From NCBI GenBank assembly GCA_963766735.1, contig CAVYBU010000027.1:32001-96000 (forward strand): 64,000 bases of DNA, read 5' to 3'. The DNA comes from an uncultured Chloroflexia bacterium. GTDB taxonomy: Bacteria > Chloroflexota > Limnocylindria > Limnocylindrales > CSP1-4. Positions 57,238 through 64,000 of the stretch are shown piece after piece (the stretch's first letter is position 1; every line of letters starts with the position of its first letter). The translations under genes were made by a program, and so were the position numbers. Below the pieces are notes generated by a model. That model was given only the letters and a program-made list of their open reading frames with translations, searched no databases and was not told the origin of the DNA.

Positions 57238-58504
57238 CTACGCCTCGAAGCGCCGGAAGATCGTCACCGCGTTCTGGCCGCCGAAGCCGAAGCCGTTGAT
57301 CGCCACCGTGTCCACCTTGGCCTGTGCGCGCGACGAGCGGCACGTAGTCCAGGTCGCACTCGGGGTCCGGCGTGTGGAGGTTCGCGGTGGGGGAGATGAC
57401 CCCGTCCCGGATCCCGCCGAGTGCCGCCAGCGCGGACGCGATCCCCGCCGCGCCCACGAGGTGCCCGATCATCGACTTGGGCGAGGAGATCGCCCGCGAG
57501 GCAGCCGCGGACCCGTAGGCGGTCTTGATCGCCCGCGTCTCGGTGACGTCGTTGAGGGACGTGGAGGTGCCGTGGGCCACGATCCAGTCGATCTCGTCCG
57601 GCGCCACGCCCGAGTTGCGCATGGCGTTCGTCATCGCGCGCGCCTGGCCGCGTCCGGTGGGATCCGGCGCGGAGATGTGGAACGCGTCCGCGGTGACCGC
57701 CCCACCCAGGATCTCGGCGATCGGCGTGGCACCGCGCTTCAACGCGTGCTCGGCGCTCTCCACCACGCAGACGCCCGCCCCCTCGCCCAAAACGAACCCG
57801 TCGCGGGTCGCATCGAACGGGCGGGACGCCGTCTCCGGCGAATCGTTCCGCTTCGAGAGTGCGGTCATGTTCGAGAGTGCCGCGACGCCCATCGGCACGA
57901 TCGGTGCCTCGGAGCCGCCGGCCAGGACCACGTCGCACTCGCCGGTGGCGATGAGCCGCAGGGCATCGTGGAAGGCGATGACGGAGGTGGCGCATGCTGC
58001 CACTTGCGTCATGACCGGGCCGGTCAGGCCGTACTCGATCGACAGCAGACAGCCGCCCATCGAGCTGGAGACGGCCGGCACGGCGAACGCAGACACGAAC
58101 CGCGGGCCCTTCGTGTCGTGGACGTGGGTGCCCTCGATGGTCACCTCGATCCCGCCGCCGCCGGTGTTGAGGACGACGCCGACGCGGTCGCGCTCCTCCG
58201 TGGTCATCGCAGCGAAGTCGATCCCGGACGCGGCCACCGCCTCATGTCCCGCACCCATCGCCAGGTGGATGTAGCGGCTCATCCGCCGGGCCATCTTGGG
58301 ATCCATTGCCTGGCCCGGATCGAAGTCGAGAACCTCGGCGGCCATCCGGACCTCGAACGCGCTCGCGTCGAAGGAGCGGATCAGGCGCGTGCCCGTGACG
58401 GCCGCCTGGAGGTTCCTCCAGTACGTCTCGAAGTCGTTGCCGATCGGCATGACCGCACCGAGGCCGGTGATGACGGCACGGCGCGCGAGGTCGGTCGAGG
58501 GCAC
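57238..58504 (-). CDS. fabF: Beta-ketoacyl-ACP synthase II paralog 1; +1 frameshift at ~57325
   Basis: VAACATS, AHGTST and KSMIGH. Removing one base restores ...VARQAKVDTVAINGFGFGGQN...FEA* (stop 57238-57240). Confidence 0.9.
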
Positions 58505-58575
58505 GAATCACACCTTCCTGGTGGGGGCGACGGGCGGTGATGGCTGGGCAGGATTGTAGCGGTCGCTCCAGCGCG

Positions 58576-58642
58576 GACCGCTGGGCGTCGCGCGGCGACC
58601 GCTGGGCATCGCGCGGCGACCGCCGGTCATCGCGCGGCGACC
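58576..58642. repeat. 21-bp intergenic tandem repeat, about 3.2 copies
   Basis: GACCGCTGGGC(G/A)TCGCGCGGC occurs three times (third copy degenerate) between the fabF paralogs. Confidence 0.8.
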
Positions 58643-58665
58643 CGGCCGCCCCTCCCTCCGGCGTG

Positions 58666-59940
58666 TCAGCGGCCGTCCCAGCGCTTGAAGATGATCGCCG
58701 CGTTGTGCCCGCCCAGGCCGATGTTGTTCGACAGGGCGTAGCGGATCGGGCGCTGGATGACCTCGGGGGTCACCCAGACGTCGGCGTCCGGGTCCGCCTC
58801 GCGGAAGTTGATGGTCGGCGGGGCCGTCTGCTCGGCGACGGTCATGACGGTCGCAAAGGCCTCGAAGGCCCCGGCCGCGCCCATCATGTGCCCGGTCATC
58901 GACTTGGTGGCGGTTACCAGCAGCGACTCGCGGCCGCGCGAGGCCCGGTCGCCGAACACGGTCCAGATCGCGTCGGCCTCACGCTTGTCGCCGACCGGCG
59001 TGGAGGTGCCGTGCGGGTTGAGGACGTCCACCTCGTCCGCCGGCACGCCGCGCCGCTGGAGCGAGAGCTTCATCGCGCGGGCCGCGCCGGTGCCGCCCTC
59101 GATGGGCTGGACCATGTCGTGGCCGTCGGCGGTGGAGCCGTAGCCCACGACCTCGGCATAGATCCGGGCTCCGCGCGCCGTCGCGACCTCGAGGTCCTCG
59201 AGGATCAGGCCGCCTGCGCCCTCGCCCAGGACGAAGCCGTCGCGGGTCCGGTCGAAGGGACGGCTGGTGTCGGTGATCGGCTCGCCGGGCCGCGGGGAGC
59301 CGAGGCCGCGCATGTTGCCGAAGCCCGCATGGGCCACCTCGAGCAGCGGCATCTCTGTGGATCCGGCGATCACCGTGTGGACGTCGCCGCGCCGGATGAG
59401 CTCCGCGCCCTCGCCCACGCAGTTGGTGCCCGTCGAGCACGCCGTGACGACGCACAGGTTGTGGCCGATCGCCCCGGTCTCGATCGCGATCATGCCGGAC
59501 GTCGAATCCACGAGGCCGTTGGCGATGAACGTGGGCGCGACCCGCCCCGGGCCCTTCTCCCGGAGGATGTGCCAGTTGTCGATCATGAGCTGCTGGCCGC
59601 CGGCGCCGGAGCCGAAGATGACCCCCACGTCCTCGCGGTTGGCGTCCGTGATCTCCAGGCCGGCGTCGGCGATCGCCTGCTTGGCGGCCGCGACGCCGTA
59701 CCACATGGAGGACTCGCTGCGCCGGATTGCTTTTGGATCCATCCACCGGGCGGCATCGAAGTCGTGGACCTCGCCTGCGGCCTTCTGGGCATACGGGGTG
59801 ACGTCGAACTTGGTGATCACTCCCAGGCCGGAGACGCCGTTGAGCAGGTTCGACCAGGCGGTGTCCTTGTCGTTGCCCACCGGGCTGATGACGCCGAGGC
59901 CGGTGACGACGACGCGGCGGGTGTAATCGGGCTGGCGCAC
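58666..59940 (-). CDS. fabF: Beta-ketoacyl-ACP synthase II paralog 2
   Basis: RRVVVTGLG, VTACSTG, PHGTST, KSMTGH and NNIGLGGHN. SD AAGGAG. Confidence 0.92.
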   Translation of the reverse strand: MRQPDYTRRVVVTGLGVISPVGNDKDTAWSNLLNGVSGLGVITKFDVTPYAQKAAGEVHDFDAARWMDPKAIRRSESSMWYGVAAAKQAIADAGLEITDANREDVGVIFGSGAGGQQLMIDNWHILREKGPGRVAPTFIANGLVDSTSGMIAIETGAIGHNLCVVTACSTGTNCVGEGAELIRRGDVHTVIAGSTEMPLLEVAHAGFGNMRGLGSPRPGEPITDTSRPFDRTRDGFVLGEGAGGLILEDLEVATARGARIYAEVVGYGSTADGHDMVQPIEGGTGAARAMKLSLQRRGVPADEVDVLNPHGTSTPVGDKREADAIWTVFGDRASRGRESLLVTATKSMTGHMMGAAGAFEAFATVMTVAEQTAPPTINFREADPDADVWVTPEVIQRPIRYALSNNIGLGGHNAAIIFKRWDGR

Positions 59941-60049
59941 GGGGCTCCTTCTGCGGGATCTGGATTCGCGGGTCGGGCGGGTCTGGTGGCTGGTGTGGAC
60001 TGGATCGGAGGGTGGTCGCCGGACGTTCGGGGCGCCCGTCAGGCGCTGT

Positions 60050-61027
60050 TCAGGTGCCTTCGACGGCGGCGGTGTTGGCGAAGGGGATGGAGAGGCGATC
60101 GCCCGCCGCCGGATCGTCGAGTGCGAGCGTGACGGCATCCGGTGCGATGCGGCGGATCAGGCCGGTGAGGACGCGGCCGGGCCCGATCTCGATGAACGTG
60201 GTGACCCCGCGGGAGTGCATTGCCCGTATGGCGCCGACCCAGTCGACGCCGGTGGTCAGGTGATCCACGAGCTCCGCCCGGCAGCCGTCCGCGGTGGTGA
60301 TGAGGCGGGCATCCGCGTTGGCCAGGAGCGCGGGCACCGGATCCCTGAATGTGATGCCCCCGAGGACCTTGCGCATGCCGTCGGCTGCCTCGGCCATGAG
60401 CGGGGAGTGGGCGGCAACGGAGACCGGCAGCTCAATGGCGCGCTTGGCGCCGAGGGTCTTCGCGATGGCGACGGCTGCCTCCACGGCTGCACGCTCGCCG
60501 GAGACGACGACCTGGCCCGGGGAGTTGCGATTGGCGATGCCGAAGATACCGTGCTCCGAGGCCTGGGCGACGAGCTCCGGGAGGCGGGCGTCATCGAGGC
60601 CGATGATCGCGGCCATGCGGCCCTCGCGCCCGGCGCCGGACGCCTGCATCAGCTGGCCGCGGGTCCGGACGAGGCGGACCGCATCCGCGAGATCGAGGGC
60701 GCCCGCGGCGACCAGCGCCGTGTACTGGCCCATCGAATGGCCGGCGGCGAAGGCCGGGTCCGGGATGTCCACCGAGAGCGCGTTCCAGCGCTCGCGGACG
60801 GCCTCGAGATAGGCGATCGAGGCGGCAAGCAGCGCCGGCTGGGCGTTCTCGGTCCGGTTGAGATCGTCCTCGGGGCCTTCCCACGCGAGGCGCGAGATGG
60901 GCTCACCCAGTGCCTCGTCGGCGGTGCGGAAGACGGCTGCGGCGGCGGGTGAGGTCTCGGCGAGGGTGCGGGCCATGCCGACGAACTGGCTACCCTGGCC
61001 GGGAAAGACGAAAGCGATCTGGTGCAT
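60050..61027 (-). CDS. fabD: Malonyl-CoA:ACP transacylase
   Basis: FPGQGSQ, AQPAL, GHSMGQY, AAHS and EIGPG. Confidence 0.95.
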   Translation of the reverse strand: MHQIAFVFPGQGSQFVGMARTLAETSPAAAAVFRTADEALGEPISRLAWEGPEDDLNRTENAQPALLAASIAYLEAVRERWNALSVDIPDPAFAAGHSMGQYTALVAAGALDLADAVRLVRTRGQLMQASGAGREGRMAAIIGLDDARLPELVAQASEHGIFGIANRNSPGQVVVSGERAAVEAAVAIAKTLGAKRAIELPVSVAAHSPLMAEAADGMRKVLGGITFRDPVPALLANADARLITTADGCRAELVDHLTTGVDWVGAIRAMHSRGVTTFIEIGPGRVLTGLIRRIAPDAVTLALDDPAAGDRLSIPFANTAAVEGT

Positions 61028-61127
61028 CGAGGGAAGCGTACGGCACGGCCACCGGATCCCGGCGAAATCCGTGCACGCTTGCAGGAATATCGGGTCCCGC
61101 CTACGCTCGGGCGGTGAGAATCCAACC

Positions 61128-61787
61128 GTGACCGAACCCGAGCCGATGCCGTCGTTGCCGCTGCGCGCCGTTCGTGTCCGGCGCACCCGTGCTTCCGACC
61201 CCGCGGCAGGTCCGGCGCTGCCGGAGGCTCTCGTGGTACGGCGACGCGGCCGGGCCTCGGGCCGCGTGATCGCCCGCACGTTCGAGGCGGACCTCTCGGC
61301 ATCCGTCGTGGCGGCAGGGACTCGTATCCAGAACGTGCGCCAGATCTCGGAGCGGGTCGCGATGGGCCGCGCGCTGTGGCGGGAGCTGGTGGTGGGGTTC
61401 GCCTACCAGCTGGGGGAGCTGAATCTCGGCTTCACGCAGCTGGCCGCCCTGTATGTGCTGGCGGAGGGTGCGACGACCACGATCGCCGACCTGGCCGAGG
61501 CGATCGGGCGCTCGTCATCTGCCACGTCCCGGCTGGTGGACGGGCTGGTCAAGCGACGCCTGGTTGAGCGTCGGCGCGAGGCGGACGACGGCCGGCTGCG
61601 CTCGGTCTGGCTCACGCCGCGTGGCCAGGCGATGCTGCGGCGCGTGGACCGGGCGCGCGCGGAGCAGTTCCTCTCCGCGGTCCGACCGATGCCGCGCGGC
61701 GAGCGGTCGCTGGTCGCCATGGGTGTTGCGGCCCTCGCGACGCACGCGATCAGCCGCCGGGGGCGCCTGGTGCGCGGGGGCGGCTGA
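61128..61787 (+). CDS. MarR-family transcriptional regulator
   Basis: TIADLAEAIGRSSSATSRLVDGLVKRRLVER...DGR...LTPRG. The start is uncertain. Confidence 0.85.
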   Translation: MTEPEPMPSLPLRAVRVRRTRASDPAAGPALPEALVVRRRGRASGRVIARTFEADLSASVVAAGTRIQNVRQISERVAMGRALWRELVVGFAYQLGELNLGFTQLAALYVLAEGATTTIADLAEAIGRSSSATSRLVDGLVKRRLVERRREADDGRLRSVWLTPRGQAMLRRVDRARAEQFLSAVRPMPRGERSLVAMGVAALATHAISRRGRLVRGGG

Positions 61788-61850
61788 GCCGTCGGTGCGT
61801 TCGGCCCGCCGGTCGTCCGCGGCAGCGGAGTGGACCGCGGCGAACTGGCG

Positions 61851-63290
61851 TCAGCCGCAGTAGGCGAGGACCACGTCGTAGAGGACGGGCAGGCCCCAGC
61901 GGAGCGCCTCGATGCCCACGCGTTCGTCGGTGCCGTGGAATTGCTCGAGGAATCGCTCACCGGGCTCAAGCCGGAGTGGCGAGAAGCCGTAGGTGGGGAC
62001 ATCCAGGTTGACCGTGGACTTGGCGTCCGTCGCGAACGGCGCCATGACCGGGACGGGGATGCCATCGGGGTCATGGGCACGGATCGTGGCAGCCAGGATG
62101 TCGTACAGCTCACCGCTCGCGGGAGCCTCGACCGGCAGCGCGCCGTTCATGTGCTCCACGGTGCAGTGCGGCGCGAGATCGCCGAGGCGGGCAATGACCT
62201 CCTCGCGCATGTCGCCCTCGGTGGTGCCGGGCAGCGTGCGGCAGTCGATCTCGATGGTGGCCACGCCGGGGATCACGTTGTACTTGAAGCCGCTGTGGAT
62301 CACGTCGGGGCTGATGCTGTCCCGCAGCAGGGCCCGCAGCGCGCGCGCGTACATCTCGTCGCAGAGAACGCGCACGGCGGCATCGCTGCGACGCGGGTCG
62401 TCCTCGCCGATCGCCCGGGCAAGCGCGGCGGCATCGGGGGGAAGTGACGCGGCAATCTCGTCGAGCAGGCGGCGCATCACCGGCGTCACGCGCGGCTCGC
62501 CCGGGACGGCCAGGCGGCGGACCGCCTCCGCTGCCATCACGGCGGCGTTGTCGTCGCGGGGCATGGAGCCGTGGCCCCACGTGCCGTGGACGGTGATGCG
62601 GTAGGTCTCGAAGCCCTTCTCGGCCACCTGGATCGGGTAGAACCTGCGCCCGGCCAGGTCCATGGAGACGCCGCCAGCCTCGTTCAGGGCGCCGGCTGCG
62701 CGCAGCGTGTCCGGCCGGTTCTCCAGGAGCCAGCGGGCGCCGTCGGTGCCACCGGCCTCCTCGTCGGCGCTGCACGTGAACAGCACGTCCCGGCGCAGGC
62801 CGGGGATGGGGTCCCGCGCGGGATCGAGGCCGGCGGCACGGGCCCGTCGCGCCAGGAGGATCACGACCATCGTCTCCATCGCCACCATCGCCTTCATGTC
62901 GACGGTGCCGCGGCCCCAGACGTAGCCGTCGGCGACGTCGGCCGCGAAGGGCGGGTGCGTCCACTCGGTGGCATCGGCCGGGACGACGTCGTGGTGCGAG
63001 AGGAGAAGGAGCGCGTCGCCGCCGGTGCCGTCGCCGCGGAGACGGACGGTGACCGTGCCGCGGCCCGGGACGGGCTCGATGATCTCGGGGTCCAGTCCCT
63101 CCGCCTGCAGCTCGGCGGCGATGAACCTCGCCGCCTCCGTCTCCGCGCCGGGAGGATCCGGCGGGTTGATCGAGGGGATGCGGACGAGATCCCGGAGGAA
63201 GCGGACCAGCTGCTGGTGGGCCGCGTCCCACGTCGCGAGGTCCAGCGCGGCCGACGGCAGGTCCGCGCGTGGGCCGTCGGGGACCTTCAC
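61851..63290 (-). CDS. M20/M25/M40 metallopeptidase
   Basis: SHHDVVP, GRGTVDMK, ADEE, GHGSMP, ATD and HGTDER. Confidence 0.92.
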   Translation of the reverse strand: MKVPDGPRADLPSAALDLATWDAAHQQLVRFLRDLVRIPSINPPDPPGAETEAARFIAAELQAEGLDPEIIEPVPGRGTVTVRLRGDGTGGDALLLLSHHDVVPADATEWTHPPFAADVADGYVWGRGTVDMKAMVAMETMVVILLARRARAAGLDPARDPIPGLRRDVLFTCSADEEAGGTDGARWLLENRPDTLRAAGALNEAGGVSMDLAGRRFYPIQVAEKGFETYRITVHGTWGHGSMPRDDNAAVMAAEAVRRLAVPGEPRVTPVMRRLLDEIAASLPPDAAALARAIGEDDPRRSDAAVRVLCDEMYARALRALLRDSISPDVIHSGFKYNVIPGVATIEIDCRTLPGTTEGDMREEVIARLGDLAPHCTVEHMNGALPVEAPASGELYDILAATIRAHDPDGIPVPVMAPFATDAKSTVNLDVPTYGFSPLRLEPGERFLEQFHGTDERVGIEALRWGLPVLYDVVLAYCG

Positions 63291-63294
63291 GGGA

Positions 63295-63546
63295 TCAGGA
63301 CGGGCCCGTGATGAGCACGGCGATGATGCCGAGCACGAACCCGAGCGCGACGATGCCGGCGGTCATCGCAACCAGCAGTCGGACGTACTGACGCTCCCGG
63401 GCGACGGTCTGCGGAAGGTCCGGGTCGTTGCCACCGGCGATATAGGGCTGCTGGAGGCCGCGCTTGCGCGCGTGCTCGTTGCGGACGGCGTCGTACTGCT
63501 CGGGATCGGGCGGCAGGGGGGTGGTCGCGGGGGCCGGATCGGTCAC
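63295..63546 (-). CDS. Small membrane protein
   Basis: 83 aa with PYIAGG and one C-terminal TM. A -10-like CATCAT lies 6 nt upstream. Confidence 0.65.
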   Translation of the reverse strand: MTDPAPATTPLPPDPEQYDAVRNEHARKRGLQQPYIAGGNDPDLPQTVARERQYVRLLVAMTAGIVALGFVLGIIAVLITGPS

Positions 63547-63594
63547 GTGGACATGATGCCCCGTGGCGGGTTTCGGTGCCGCCCCGCCGCGGGA

Positions 63595-64000
63595 TCAGAT
63601 CGCGTCGAAGAGGGGCTGGATGGCGTCGGCATCCGATCTGCCCTCGCGGAGCGCAAGGCGGAGCAGGATCCGCGCCTTCCACGGCTGGAGGTCGTCTGCG
63701 ACGAGCCAGCCACGGGCGGTCAGCGATGGCACGCGGGGCACCCGCCCAGACCCGACGCGGGACGCCTGGCAGACGACGACGCCCGCCGCCCCCGCTCGCT
63801 CCAGTGCCTCGATCTCGCCGGTGGTCGGGTAGCCGGCGCCGGTCCCGGCGCTCACGATCCCGCGCGCTCCGGCCGCCACGGCCGCATCGACCAGGGTGCC
63901 GTCTGAGCCCTGGTGGCTCACCACCACGTCGACGCGCGGGAGGCTCCGAAGGTCCGCGCCGGCGAAGGAGCCCCGCAGGGTGATCCCGCGGGCGGGCAGA
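63595..64000 (-). CDS. Asparaginase/glutaminase C-terminal domain (5' truncated)
   Basis: LPRVDVV, GIVSAGTGAG, QASRVGSG and LQPWKARILL. Confidence 0.85.
   Translation of the reverse strand, partial: LPARGITLRGSFAGADLRSLPRVDVVVSHQGSDGTLVDAAVAAGARGIVSAGTGAGYPTTGEIEALERAGAAGVVVCQASRVGSGRVPRVPSLTARGWLVADDLQPWKARILLRLALREGRSDADAIQPLFDAI

Overview
GC-rich bacterial chromosomal window. Gene content and style suggest a Chloroflexota (Limnocylindria-like) metagenome-assembled genome; this is inference. The window is mostly housekeeping and metabolic. It holds an FMN-riboswitch-controlled RibXY-type ABC transporter, tRNA-Lys and tRNA-fMet flanked by three META-domain lipoproteins, and a five-gene sulfate-ester utilisation cluster. 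It also holds a large A2-type heme-copper oxidase and copper-assembly locus, proC and proline dehydrogenase, a CBS-flanked 2-oxoacid:ferredoxin oxidoreductase, CopA with a CsoR/RcnR-type operator, and a fabD-fabF-fabF cluster. At least five genes carry single-base frameshifts that look like assembly errors. I found no CRISPR array, integrase or transposase. The most novel-looking signals are: (1) two separate 31-34 aa hydrophobic peptides, each with its own RBS and hairpins, sharing a C-terminal [DE]GAKRW motif; (2) an FMN riboswitch whose conserved P5 T-loop is replaced by a different hairpin; (3) an oxidase operon with no c-type cytochrome but a multi-TM subunit fused to a blue-copper domain.
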